Positions 22,785 to 36,186 are shown, counted from the first letter of the stretch. The stretch: 64,000 nucleotides of DNA from Ascidiella aspersa (GCA_963924565.1 OZ004607.1:33480001-33544000); one strand, 5' to 3'. The notes: generated by a model from the sequence alone, not told the origin. Translations and numbers: made by a program.

Positions 22785-25700
22785 TCAGGACTTGACAGCG
22801 TCAGAGATTCGGTGGAGCGACCTTTCATCGGCACTGCTGACGAATGACGACGAACCGCCACGACGCGGTTCCGCATTTAGGCTGAACAGCTTCCTTAGCA
22901 GCTCTCGCGACGATTTTCGAAACTTACCGTCGATCACGCTGTAAACCAGCACGTTGACGATGCTGGTCGAAAAAGGAGGTTTAAATGTTGATTTTAAAAG
23001 GTGCACGGTATAATTACTTGCTGGATAAGTTAACGATACATGCCGAAAGCATTTTTAATATGTTTTATTTACAGATAACCTCATGTCGTAAAAGTTTTTT
23101 TCAATGTGTAAAGTAGGTCAAATCGTTATTGTTACATTACTTGAACAGCATTTTAAACTGTATTCATTTTTTTATTATTTTGATTTAAATAACAAACATG
23201 CTAGCAATAACTCTGAAAACCCAAGTATAGTATTGGCTGCTAATTACAATAGTCCCCAAAATGCATAACTTTGGTAGATATGTCGTTTTTCAGAGTTTAG
23301 TTGCACAAAATGTGAGCATGAATCTTATAACAAGGGTTAAAACTTTCATGTCGAACAAAACTTTACAAACAAAAACAATGTGCTTTGCCTGATGAAGGTT
23401 AATTTAGTTTACAACTAGTACCTGTTTGCCAAGGACAGGTAATAGCATATGACGAAACCAAGTTGAAAACTCGGCTGGTCTGCATATTCATTCCATGAGA
23501 GAAATACAATCATCACATAAGGACCTGTAATATAGGTTACATTAATTACATTAATTCTTGGAACATCCATAAGAAGGGTAACACCATGAACGTCAAAACT
23601 GACGTGATGCTTTCTGCATGCTACAAGCACCTGCTGAAGGACTAGAGGCAGTCGCTAATTATTTTCTTATCGTTTCGTTGCTCGCGTTTATTTCTGCTTT
23701 TTTCCTTTTTTGCTTTCCATTTATTGTACGAGCGTTCAGTGTCATTCACCCTGACGAAGGCGGCTTGTATAGGTTGCCGAAACGTTGGTTAACAATTACA
23801 ATTACCAGAAGAGCTGTTTTTGATTTATATTACCATGCCTGGTAGCAACAGTTTATATATAGGTTATATTAATGTTTCTCAACCTTTTTTCGTTGTGCTC
23901 ACGTCCTAAGTTTAAGCAGAAGAGCGATACTTGCATGGCGACTCAATTTCTTCACTGAAATTTTTATATTTACTGTGTGGCCTCTTCCAAGCAATTTATG
24001 CTTACCTGTAGTAAGTGTTAATCCCACAACCATGAGAACCAAGGTGAAGAAGATCATGTTCTCGCGCTTTCTTCGTGATCCAAGTATTTTGCGGTGAAGG
24101 CAAATACCAGTGGCTGCAGCTAAAATCACCTGCGTAAATTAAATACACGTTGGGCTTTGCCCAGTCTTAATAAGTCTTAATATGTTAATGTCACTGTGAC
24201 AAAGAGAAGCACAAAAAGCATTGGATGAGTTACTAAACAAAAATTTACACTTTAAGAATGGGATCAAAATCAATAAGGTTAACATATGAGGTTAATATAC
24301 CTATATATTGTTTAGCATGAACCAGAAACCAACATTTGACGCGGTGGTTCAATAAAGGCAAAATCAATAAATTTTAAGTTGTTTTTATTAACTAATTAAT
24401 TTTGCAACCCATCGGATTTAAATCTTACCATCAATGTATATGGGACCATGGTCATGAATGAAAAGAGTAACGTGATGTATCTGTTTGGGCTGCGTGCCGC
24501 GAAGAGAAAAATGACACAGTCGTACACGTAGTCGATTGTAGGATGCCACACTGTAAAAGAAGAAAATAGTGGTAAATAACAAACTGCCGCTTTAGGAAAG
24601 TCTTGGCTGAATCCAAGGCATAACAACATTTGTAAAAGCAAGCAAGTGTAAAAATGTTAGCAAGTGATGCGATTCGAACCAATCAAACAACTGAGCTAGG
24701 GCGGCGTTCTGACGGCTCTTGGTGTATTTTATCCAGGGAGTAAAATTGTTTGATTTTTCCGGTTCAGGTTCCGTTCAGGTTCAAGAAAATTGCGTAATAC
24801 TGTTCAGTTCGTGTTTAGATTCGGAGCAATTTAAAAGTCGAAAACAATATAAGTTGCGTTTAATCTAAAAATGCGGGTCATTAAATGTATAGAGAATAAT
24901 TATTGAATTGTACTCATTGCTAAAAAAATAAAAAGCAACGTTTTGTTTGTCGAAAATTAATTTATTTCCGTAAAATTTTGAACATGGCATAACTTTACTG
25001 TGTATAACACAAGTGGTGTCGCCATGCCGGAGTGAACCGCTTTTTGACAGGTTCGGCTTTAGTTAAGGTTTAAGTTTATTCACAATATTCTTTTCAGTTC
25101 CGGTTCGGCTCTCGAAAACTTACAAAAATCGGTTCACAGTTTTTGTAGACGGTCCCGGTATGGTCGGAGGCTAGATCACAGTTGTTGAATACATAAGTGT
25201 GTTTATCTTTCATTTAATTACCGAATATAAACTTACTCGGAGTTACAGCAATTAGAAACGATATACACCAGACAAGTGCAATGCCGAATCCTACTGTTAT
25301 CGGACGCTGTTCCCGATACCGTAGTGGAAAAGTCACAGCGTACAAACGTTGTTGTGCGAGCAACACAAGATGATAGAAGGACGCTGTGTAGATAAAGATG
25401 TGGAAAAACCCGGACCCTAAGGCTTCCGGTGTTCCTTGGGTGATTTCGAACTTTAAATAGATCTCGTAGCTCGTTTGGTTTAGCGTTTCGACGAAGTTCG
25501 GTAGAATCACACCGAAAAACAGAAATCCTGTGATGTAAACGAATTTCCGCGTTATAAGATCACTGTACAGTGTTGTGAACAAGAAATATTTAAATTACCT
25601 TAGTCTAAGTCAAGTCATTTGTGAAATAACTCAAATCTAAGTCAAGTCAGTTGTCAAATAACTTAAGTCAAAGTCAGGTCATCTTGAAAAAAAAGTCCCA

Positions 25701-26570
25701 GTCAAGTAATAATTAGTGCAAGTCAATTTCAAGTCAAGCTATTGTCATACAAAATTAAACGTTAAAACATTAAAATTGGTGAACTTGTCCGATTATATGA
25801 CCAATAACCCAACCAAAAAAACAATAAAAACGCAAAGTTTAACAAGAAAATTGTTTTATATGCCAAAATAAGATGAATAAGTCATTTAAAATAGCCACGT
25901 GAAAACCCTTCATTTCAGTCATGTCGTTTTTGCAAATGACCTAAGTTAAAATTGCGTCGTTCACCCAATTGTCTTATGTCAAGTTATTTGTTAAAAGTAA
26001 GTTAAGAGCACTTAGAGTCATTTACCTAAAGTCTTAAGTTATTACTTCAGTGCTAACTAAGTTTCAAGTCTTGTTTTTCACCTGGCATTTTTTTGATTTA
26101 AATATTCAAAACATCTTACCTGTCAACAAGTCTGAAACCGCCAGAGAGACCTTAATCTTTCCGTAGGTTCCGGTAAAAGAAGATTTATCCTTGGCGAAAA
26201 TGCATATCACCAATCCGTTGCCAAACAGCAGGCCAAGCCCGAGTAAGACGACGAAAAAGCCGAAAAAACCCGCAGATATCATGTTACATTCCTTGCATTG
26301 CTTCACCGGTATGGAAACGCAAGATTGCACTGCCGCCTTATGACAGAACGGTATGAATATTTTGATAGCAAAACCAACAGCGTCGCTTGTAGAGCTGTTG
26401 CTTATGCTGGAATTGCCGTAAATGCCTGTGTGCCCAAGGGAAGGGCTAGAAATTGCTGTTGCTTGTGTGTCTGGGGAAGACGAAGTTGCAGCCACTCCGT
26501 TTGAAGTCTGCTGTCCAAGACTAGGAACCAAGACCTGGGATATAATTAGCACCACAAGAAACCTAGCCAT
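22785..26570 (-). CDS. Orphan class A GPCR paralog C, intact, 422 aa
   Basis: Exons 26570-26120, 25527-25237, 24550-24429, 24129-24006, 23524-23422, 22962-22785 give 1269 nt. Each exon lies within an open ORF of the track, and intron phases match B. Confidence 0.9.
23547..23856 (+). mobile_element. 5'-truncated Penelope-like retroelement (GIY-YIG C-terminus plus pLTR) in gene C intron 4
   Basis: 17-bp TSD atataggtta(c/t)attaat at 23530-23546 and 23857-23873. Bases 23556-23645 encode SWNIHKKGNTMNVKTDVMLSACYKHLLKD*, resembling the PLE endonuclease tail. Carries a hammerhead motif and is absent from D. Confidence 0.75.
23748..23789 (+). ncRNA. Minimal hammerhead ribozyme motif (PLE type)
   Basis: acc-CTGACGA-a-GGCGGC-ttgtatag-GTTGCC-GAAA-CGTT-ggt: intact core, 6-bp stem II with two G-U pairs, AACGTT palindrome, stem I acc/ggt. 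Confidence 0.65.
24732..25140. mobile_element. Degenerate relative of the GAACCG hAT MITE in gene C intron 2
   Basis: Starts cagggagt, has ggttc/cggttc subrepeats and an internal segment similar to the reverse complement of 2330-2560. Boundaries are approximate. Confidence 0.55.
25568..26084. mobile_element. MITE-like element with AAGTC subrepeats in intron 1 of C (mirror about 29590-30066 in D)
   Basis: Dense aagtcaagtc arrays bounded by cagtgttgtgaacaag and cttgtttttcacctg. Boundaries are approximate. Confidence 0.55.
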
Positions 26571-29500
26571 GTTGTTTTTCGTACTTAACCTAACAGTAGG
26601 CCTACTGTTACCATAACCTAAATGTGGGTTATCAGGGATAAAATAATCGCGCTAACAGTAGGAATTATATATTTTAAAATAAAAATCTGTTAAGACTGCC
26701 GCAATTTAAGACAAATCCTTGCTTTATACTTTTACTGAAAAATATTGACAAGCTCTTTTCACATGTAATTACATGTTGGACAAAATTAATTTTTAAATTT
26801 ACTATAAATACTGTTAGCTTGTCCTACTATAGCCGCTAACAACCTGTGAAATAATAGCGGTAAAGAGCGTGAAACTCAAGATGTTCATTTACTACGAGAA
26901 TATTTTTATTAAAACACAAACAAAATTTCGAGATGTTATACCAACGTTTTATCTTCTATTTTAAGGTCCTAATTTTCTAAGGCAAATTGTTGCAAATACA
27001 GCAAAATACCCGCGCACGTAGCTAACCTATAGCCTACAGACCAAACTGAAGTATTACAGCAATCCTTTTACAGTGATCGTTTCCGTATTTAACCTAGACA
27101 GCAGTATTACAGCAATCCTTTAAAAGAATTGATTTTAAATTTGCTGAAAGTCATAACAAATCATTTTAATACAGCTATAACTTAATATTCAACAATCGTC
27201 CAACCGCCAACAAACGATTAAGTTGATCAGGTTGTGCTTCAGCCATAACGCTCACCAAATCGCGACATATCCGCTGTTTAAGCGAGCACGGTAAGTAGAG
27301 ACTTCCCTTAAAGTGGTCGCCGTAGACTTAACTGTATTCGACATTTAAGCGCGACTGACTGTTACACCCCACCGCGACTCGTGCATAGGCCCCGACGCCT
27401 GACCCCACACAGTTGCCCGGAAGAGCGCTCTCCAGCGAGTTCGCTCTGTTGGTTCGTGAAGTATTCTGGCTAGATATGCTACCTGTCATAACCACAACTA
27501 AAATACCAATCAAAAGTAGCCTATATAGTTACAATGTGAATTCAAACGTTACCAAAAAGCATTATTGAACGTATATTTGTTTTCAAGTTAATGTGAGATA
27601 GGCAGCCACCGCCTAATGCTTAACAATGCGCGAAAGACTGCGCTCAAAACCGCTAAGATACTGCATGTATATAGCTTATACATAGAAAGAAAGGAACATG
27701 AAAGTTACGTCATATTTGGCCAATAATGCTGGTTCAACTTCGTTAACATAGCTAGGCACTCTTTTCAGATTACGGCGGCCATTCTAAGGCCAATTTGCAG
27801 CGGGAGTTGGACGCCAGCAAATTAAGTGGCTTTTTTGCCTTTTTTGTACAATCCTTTTTGTACGATCACGACCCATAGGTTATGTAATCCTGATTAAAAA
27901 AATTGTACATTTAAGTTACAAGCTTTAGTCGTTTGATTGGTAATGATAAGCAAAACATAATGGAAGTATTTTTAATCATTACTAAATCAGTGCAAAACTT
28001 TGAATTGGTTTTCCTGATTGCAAAACTTTATATTTACTTTGACCGTGAAAAAACATTCTAGAGGCCACAAGTTTTTTTGCAAAATCAATGAAGTAACAGC
28101 ACCTCAAATGTTTTTAGCGCTCACAGAATAATGATTGGTGAACTGGTGATTCTTTTTGTTTTTCCTACGCAGGCGTCTATTGCATAGGTTCTTAAATTGT
28201 GAAGAGCGATCTTAATTCTGTCGGCGACACTTTCATAATTTACATAAAAAATAGTATTTAGGAAAAGGGAAAAGTTACGCCAGTATTACTTTCTTAGTAG
28301 AGTCATTTTCAAGGGGTCACAAACCTAAGTAGTGCACTACTTGGTTTTTCATCACTTGACAAACAACAATGTGCCTATAGGTTAGTTTAATGAAAGTTAT
28401 TAAATCTTATTTTTTATACTGACTTGGACCCAAACATGCAATCACAAAACTGCGTCACGCTTACTTAACCAATCAGTCTATTTTAGTCATGTCTCGTAAA
28501 GTAAGACTTTCAGCAAATTTAAAAACAACTCTTTTAAAGGATTGCTGTAATACTACTGCCTAGGTTAAATACGTACGTAAACGATCACTGTAAAAGGTTT
28601 GCTGTAATACTTCAGTTTGGTCTGTATAGGTTATATTTACGAGCGCGGGCATTTTGCTGTATTTGCAACACTTTGCATTGGATAATTAGGACCTTAAAAT
28701 AGAAGATAAAAATTTGGTTTTACATTTGGTATTACATCTTGAAATTTTTTTTGTGTATCTAATAAAAATATTTTCGTAATAAATGAACATCTTGAGTTTC
28801 ACGCTTTTTACCGCTATTATTTTCACAGTGTTGTTAGCGGATATAGTAGGACAAGCTAACAGCATTTACAGAAAATTCAAAAATTAATTTTGTCCAACAT
28901 GTAATTACATGTGAAAACATTTTATTAATTTGTTTTCAGTAAAAGTATAAAGCAAGGATTTGTCTTAAATTGCGGCAGTCTTAGCAAACTTTTATTTTAA
29001 AATATATAATTCCTACTGTTAGCTCGATTATTTTATCCCTGATAACCCCACATTTATGTTATGGTAACAGTAGGCCTACTGTAGGTTAAGTACGAAAAAC
29101 AACATGGCTAGGTTTCTTGTGGTGCTAATTATATCCCAGGTCTTGGTTCCTAGTCTTGGACAGCAGACTTCAAACGGAGTGGCTGCAACTTCGTCTTCCC
29201 AAGACACACAAGAAACAGCAATTTCTAGCCCTTTCCTTGGGCACACAGGCATTTACGGCAATTCCAGCATAAGCAATAGCTCTACAAGCGACGCTGTTGG
29301 TTTTGCTATCAAAATATTCATACCGTTCTGTCATAAGGCGGCAGTGCAATCTTGCGTTTCCATACCGGTGAAGCAATGCAAGGAATGTAACATGATATCT
29401 GCGGGTTTTTTCGGCTTTTTCGTCGTCTCACTCGGGCTTGGCCTGCTGTTTGGCAACGGATTGGTGATATGCATTTTCGCCAAGGATAAATCTTCTTTCA

Positions 29501-30512
29501 ACGGCACCTACGGAAAGATTAAGGTCTCTATGGCGGTTTCAGACTTGTTGACGGGTAAGATGTTTTGATTATTTAAATCAAAAAGATGCCAGGTAAAAAC
29601 AAGACTCGAAACTAGGTTAGCACTGAAGTAATAACTTAACTTTAAGTAAATGACTCTAAGTGCACTTAAGTTACTTTTAACAAATAACTTGACTTGACAT
29701 AAGACAATTGGATGAACGACGCAATTTTAACCTAGGTCATTTGCAAAAACGACATGACTGAAATAAAGGGTTTTCACGTGGCTATTTTAAATCGCTTAAT
29801 CATCTTAGTTTGGCACATAAAACAATTTTCTTGTTAAACTTTGCGTTTTTCTTGTTTTGATTTGGGTTATTGCTCATATAATCGAACGTGACTTGAAAAT
29901 TGACTTGCTCTAATTATGACTTGACTGAGACTTGACTTATTGTTTATTAAAAGTACTTGAATTGAACTTAAGTTATTTCACAAATGAGTTGACTTGTACT
30001 GAAGTTATTTCACAAATGACTTGACTTAGAATAAGGTCATTTAAATATTTCTTGTTCACAACACTGTGCAGTGATCTTATACAGCAGAAATTCGTTTACA
30101 TCACAGGATTTCTGTATTTCGGTGTGATTCTACCGAACTTCGTCGAAATGCTGAACCAAACGAGCTACGAGATCCATTTAAAGTTCGAAATCACCCAAGG
30201 AACACCGGAAGCCTTAGGGGCCGGGTTTTTCCACATCTTTATCTACACAGCGTCCTTCTATCATCTTGTGTTGCTCGCACAACAACGTTTGTATGCTGTG
30301 ACTTTTCCGCTACGATACCGGGAACAGCGTCTGGTTACAGTGGGCTTCGGCATTGCACTTGTCTGGTGTATATCGTTTTTAATTGCTGTAACTCCGAGTA
30401 AGTTTATATTCGGTAATTGAATAAAATATAAACACGCATATGTGTCCAACAACTGTGATCTAGCCCTTCTGAAACTGCTTTTTGACCAACGATTACGGCT
30501 GACGTATCAATT

Positions 30513-30633
30513 GTACACCGAAAGCGATCGCATACTCGCCAAATCTGTCGATCATTGATGCAAGCAAAGCAGGCTAGAAAAAACAACTAGCCTGCAGTGA
30601 GGTTCAAACTCACGACGACCTCCGGCCAAACCG
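30513..30633 (-). mobile_element. Partial tRNA-derived SINE
   Basis: B-box/T-arm (gtgagtttgaacctcactgcaggc) and 3' body are homologous to the copy at 57600-57747. Confidence 0.6.
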
Positions 30634-32494
30634 AGAACGTGGTTTTTCATGCAGGACCCGTTTTTTTATCAAGATCTTTACTCGACCTTTTTGGTTCGGA
30701 CATTTTTTACAAAATCTATTTAAATTATTTAAAAACATCGAAAATAATGTTATGCTTAGCTATAGTATTGTGTATTGTAGTAATTTATTGTCATTTGATA
30801 CTAAATTTTAGTGGAATTTCGTGCGCTCTCAATTTAATCAGCGTATTTTATTCAATTGTTTGATTTAGTTTGAATCGCATCACTTGCTAACATTTTTACA
30901 CTTGCTTGCTTTTACAAATGTTGTTATGCCTTGGATTCAGCCAATACTTTCCTAAAGCGGCAGTTTGTTATTTTCCACTACTTTCTTCTTTTACAGTGTG
31001 GCATCCTACAATCGACTACGTGTACGACTGTGTCATTTTTCTCTTCGCGGCACGCAGCCCAAACAGATACATCACGTTACTCTTTTCATTCATGACCATG
31101 GTCCCTTATACATCGATGGTAAGATTTAAATCCGATTGGTTGCATCTATTTATTGGCCAAGTCATAGTTGAAAAGTGTTTTATTCCAATACAAAATAATT
31201 AGTTAATAAAAACAACTTACAATTTATTTAATTTGCCTTTATTGAGCCGCCGCGTCAAATGTTGGTTTCTGGTTCATGCTAAATAATATATAGGTATATT
31301 AACCTCATATGTTAACCTTATTGATTTTGATCCCATTCTTAAAGTGTACATTTTTGTTTAGTAACTAATCCAACGCCTTTTGTGCTTCTCTTTGTCACAG
31401 TGACATTAACATATTAAGACTTTTTAAGACTGGGCAAAGCCCAACATGTATTTAATCTTGTTTTAATGCAGGTGATTTTAGCTGCAGCCACTGCTATTTG
31501 CCTCCACCGCAGAAGACTTGGATCAAGAAGAAAGCGCGAGAACATGATCTTCTTCACCTTGGTTCTCATGGTTGTGGGATTAACACTTACTACAGGTAAG
31601 CATAACTTGCTTGGAAGAGGCCACTTATTAACTAGCCCATTCATAAAGATTTGTGTCACGAGTCAAAGTTTGTGTTTTAGTTTTACATAATGTCATGTAC
31701 GATAAGGTAAATCGTTTCAATAAATTCTTAAGCCTAAATATCGAGTGAAAAAGTCGAGTATACATCTTCTTAATAAATAAGTTTCGACACGCAATTTTCC
31801 TTATATAAGTGAAGTTTGAATATGTTTTAGTTACATTAACTGATGATAAAACAAGTGCGTTTTGAAATGTCTTTTTCAAGATGTTATCGATTTTCTCAAC
31901 CATTTTGGATTTAAGAGCATTCATTTACGAGCACTACCTATGTTGTTTTGTTTGGCATATCGCAGAAATTTTGTTAAGTAAAGTTATTCGTGCTTCAATA
32001 TAGGCAAACCCATAATGACTTAAGCAACACGTGCAAATTATGTGTATGTGTGTTGTACGTATACCACACACTATATAAATTGCTGCAATGTCCGTTAATG
32101 ATATTTCGTCACTTTGAGAAGACTTAATCTATGAATTTCCATGCTACCTGCTGTTAGATGTTTTAGGTAACCCAGTGTTTCTCAACCTATGTGTAGAAAC
32201 GCAAATTTGTGTCGCCGCTTGATTTGATTGGCTGACTACAGTAATTCACATGTTTAGATTTATTGAGATTAAATTTAAACGATATTTACAATTGTGAGAA
32301 AACTGTAGGACAAATACGAAGACATGACTCACAATGACTTAACTCAATTTATTTATGCTAATGTTTTAAGTTTTATTCGCTTATAGAAATTTCAGTGAAG
32401 AAATTGAGTCGCCAAGTATCGCTCTTCTATTTAAACGTAGGACGTCAGTCACAACGAAGGTTGAGAAACATTAATGTAACCTATACATAGGTCC

Positions 32495-33804
32495 CAGGGG
32501 CGGATCTAGGGGGGGGCGATATGGCCATGGCACCGTATAATGAATATTTCAAAAAAATGGTAAAATTCGTTTCGCGCACTCGCGCAAAGCACGTTTTTCA
32601 GATTTGCAGAGACGGCTTAAGTGACCATACGCTGCCCTCGACTATATAATAATAACTAACTTATATCCAAGTACAATTAAAAGGTGTTTTGTTGTTAATG
32701 CAATCTGTATCAGAACCAGCCTGCCAAAATACTTCATCCGGCCCGCCGCCTCTTTGACAAATTAAGCACGAGTCCATTTTAAATACTTTTTGACTATTTT
32801 ATGCGTGTAAATGCGAAAAATTTTAGCGTTTCGCGCTAATGATCTTTATGCATCCAGTGTGTTTACGTTTTGATTCCCTTTTTGAACTAGATCAGCGCTT
32901 CTTTGCTGTTGCGCCGTGGAAAGCTGCCAAGTGCGTCGCGGACAAACGAAAAACGTATTCAAACATAATCGACAAATATTTTTTAACCATTTTTTTTAAA
33001 TGTAACAAAACCAAGAAAAAAAAATACCTGTATACTAAATTTATCGCGTTTTTTCAAAGTAGTTTTATTACACTTTTTAATAGTAGTAGGGGGATGGCGA
33101 CGTTTGGGCTCGAATTTTAAACCAAGTATACGCTTTTTTAGCGAATGTGCGCCAAGACACTTTACTGCCTCCTTAAAAGTAATTATAAACACGTTTTTAA
33201 AGTGCAAAAAAATCCGAGGCCCACCTGATTCACAATTGTTATAAAGTTGTAATAACACAAAATCTCATTTAACATATGTTGTGCGGCCCGCAGAGACCTT
33301 TCTGAGTTTGGTTTCAGCCCGCGACTACTACACAAAGGTTGCCGACCCTTGTGTAAGGATTTGAATAACCTATCCAATGTTAGGATTAACTCTGCATAGA
33401 GTTTTGCTCATTTCAGCAACCTTATTTGGCAAAAACCAACTACAGTAACTTAAAAATTGAGAGAAGTGTCATGAAAGAGAACCACAGCTGACCGCAGCAG
33501 ACAACGCTATGGTTTTATTGCGACGTGGCCTCGGCGCTTTTTCGGTGGCATGTGCGGTTGCTCTCGCCTTTTCGAGAAAAAGCAAGATCTGTAGACAAAC
33601 CGGCCAACTGTAGAGGCTAACCTTAATACTTTTTCGTGCTTTCAAAAGGTCTGTTTTTCGCGTTATTTTGCAGGAGTTAGTTTATTCGGCCAGCCGATGT
33701 TATTTTTACCTGAATTATGACGTCACGCAATGGTATACTTTCGTAACGTCATATCGAAAAAATTTCATGGCCCTCCCCAAACTGAAATCCTAGATCCGCG
33801 CCTG
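32495..33804. mobile_element. Non-autonomous hAT element inserted at the exon 5 acceptor of gene D
   Basis: TIR caggggcggatctagg/cctagatccgcgcctg and perfect 8-bp TSD ataggtcc at 32487-32494 and 33805-33812. Absent from C. Confidence 0.92.
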
Positions 33805-35097
33805 ATAGGTCCTTATGTGATGATTGTATTTCTCTCATAGAATAAATACGCAGACCAGCCGAGTTTTCAACTTGGTTTCGTCATATGCTATTACCTGTCC
33901 TTGGCAAACAGGTACTAGTTGTAAACTAAATTAAACCTTCATCAGGCAAAGCACATTGTTTTTGTTTGTAGTATTTTGTTCGACATGAAAGTTTTAACCC
34001 TTGTTATAAAATTCATGCTCACATTTTGTGCAACTAAACTGTGAAAAACGACATATCTACCAAAGTTATGCATTTTGGGGACTATTGTAATTAACAGGCA
34101 ATACTTTACGTGGGTTTTCAGAGTTATTGCTAGCATGTTTGTTATTTAAATCAGAATAATAAAAAAATTAATAAAGTTTATAATGCTGTTCAAGTAATGT
34201 AACAATAACGATTTGACCTACTTTACACATTTTGAAACACTTTTACGACATGAGGTTATCTGTAAATAAAACATACTAAAAATGCTTTCGGCATGTATCG
34301 TTAACTTATCCAGCAAGTAATTATACCGTGCACCTTTTAAAATCAACTCCTTCAGGAGAATCAACATTTAAACCTCCTTTTTCGACCAGCATCGTCAACG
34401 TGCTGGTTTACAGCGTGATCGACGGTAAGTTTCGAAAATCGTCGCGAGAGCTACTAAGGAAGCTGTTCGGCCTAAATGCGGAACCGCGTCATTAGTCAGC
34501 ACTACCAACGAAAGGTCATTCCACCGAATCTCTGACGCTGTCAAGTCCTGAAATTGGATCTCCGCTTGTTTGAATTGTGTACAGAAACATGTGTAACTGA
34601 CCTCATTGTAATTTAAAAGTCTATAGCGCTGGTTATCAAAGCTGAGTTCGTGTTTTAGCATCGTAAGCTGCGAAAATGTACAATTTTGCAAGGGTAATTT
34701 CGTTCAAAACGTTTTGAAAACATAAAAAGTAGCTTTTATTGTTTGGAAATTCTAATATAAATCAATGAGTATTATGACGTTTTAAAGGTTTGTTGCTTTA
34801 GTTTCATGGCTCATACAAAATCAGTTAAAAGTGGGTGGACGTTTTGAAAATTGTATATAGTTTCATTGTAAGTTAAAAATGTAAATTGCTAACTGTTTAT
34901 CACCCATTTAAGTTTGGTTACTGTCATCATAATTCTTCCAGCATAGCATGGATTAATAATAACTGCAACATTTCTTAAGCTGGTAGTTTAATTAGGAATC
35001 TTTTACCTAAAGAAAACAAAAAAACAAGAAAACAATCAGTAATTAAAATACCTAGACACTAACATATAAGACTAAGTGAAGGTTAATGTGCTTTAAA

Positions 35098-35690
35098 TAG
35101 GCTTTCCATATGTCCCGGTTGAGCCGGGACAGTCCCAGTTTTAAGGCCTTGTTCCGGTATCCCGCCCGGTTAACCAATTTGTCCCGGATTTTTCAATTTG
35201 ATATTTACAAAAAAAATGAGAACTGTAAAAACTCTTAAGTTAGCCACTTAGCAATTCTTTCTCAAAAGTAAGTAATACTTTTTACTTTTCATTTTTTACT
35301 TTCAAGCAAATTTTTTTAACATAATTTAATTATTTTTCCAGCGGGTGTTAGGAAATATTTTTCTGGGGGTGAGGTTTCTGGGGCTAGTTTCTTTTTTGTG
35401 TGTGGTGAGTAAAAAAATTAAATGCACATTATCCGGCGGGTGCTGGGAGATATCTTTTTGAGGAAGGTAAGCGAGCGCCGTCGCAAACCGGTCACAGTTA
35501 AGCAATTTTTATTTGAGCAATTTTTATTTAAGATTTTTTTTCACGTATGACGCAGTTTGGTGCCGGTATTATTTGCTCGATCATTACGCAAGTCTAAATA
35601 ATTGCTAAAAATTTTAACGTTTGTCAGTAATTCTGGATCGATAAATGTGGCGGGCTTTCAGCATTACAAATCAAATTGAAGTCATAACAT
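35098..35690. mobile_element. DNA-transposon remnant with GTCCCGG subterminal repeats (shorter mirror at about 22240-22382)
   Basis: End reads taggctttccatatgtcccgg, with repeated gtcccg/cgggac. The far end is not resolved. Confidence 0.5.
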
Positions 35691-36186
35691 ACTGATTGCC
35701 TCAATAGAAATAAGTTTTAATATTTGCAACTTAAGACTTATATGTTTAAAAACTTCTTGATGTCTGTAACCGCGCAAAATTTAGGTAGAATTATTCGCAT
35801 TTAATGCGGAGGTTTTATTGGTAAACAATTTTCAGTTTTAAACGAGATTTTACTTACGTAGGACGCAGTATGTTACCAGGACTACATTTGCTGAACATCA
35901 CGCAATGCGATAGCTGCTATACAACTTAAGGTTTTACGTTATTGAGTGGTTCCCTATTGATATATGTCACTGGTTTTTGTTACGTAAAAGATGTTTGACG
36001 TGCTTAGCCGTTGGGTATATAGTCGTTTCAATGCAAATAAGCACACATTATTTGAAATTTTGTTTCAACAAAATGTAAATTTTTAGTTTGCGAAGACGAA
36101 CAATTAGATGTTTTACAGTCATGCGGATAAATGCGATAATTTATAACACGCCATCCGATTAAATGCTGCTTCCACACAGGCTAAAG

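Larger units (their letters stand above)
11472..27152 (-). repeat. Left arm of large inverted duplication (genes B and C)
   Basis: Its reverse complement aligns collinearly with 28505-45740, including intergenic DNA. Inner boundary at ...ttgctgaaagtc (27152). Confidence 0.9.
29104..34495 (+). pseudogene. Orphan class A GPCR paralog D (inverted copy of C), disrupted
   Basis: Exons 29104-29554, 30107-30397, 30997-31118, 31472-31595, 33809-33911, 34390-34495. There is an in-frame TAG at 33838-33840 (TGG in C; W340*), a 16-nt deletion in exon 6 giving an early TAG at 34493-34495, and a hAT element inserted at the exon 5 acceptor. Confidence 0.85.

Noticed and set aside
23389-23395. CTGATGA as another hammerhead core
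   Set aside because: No stem II or GAAA box follows.
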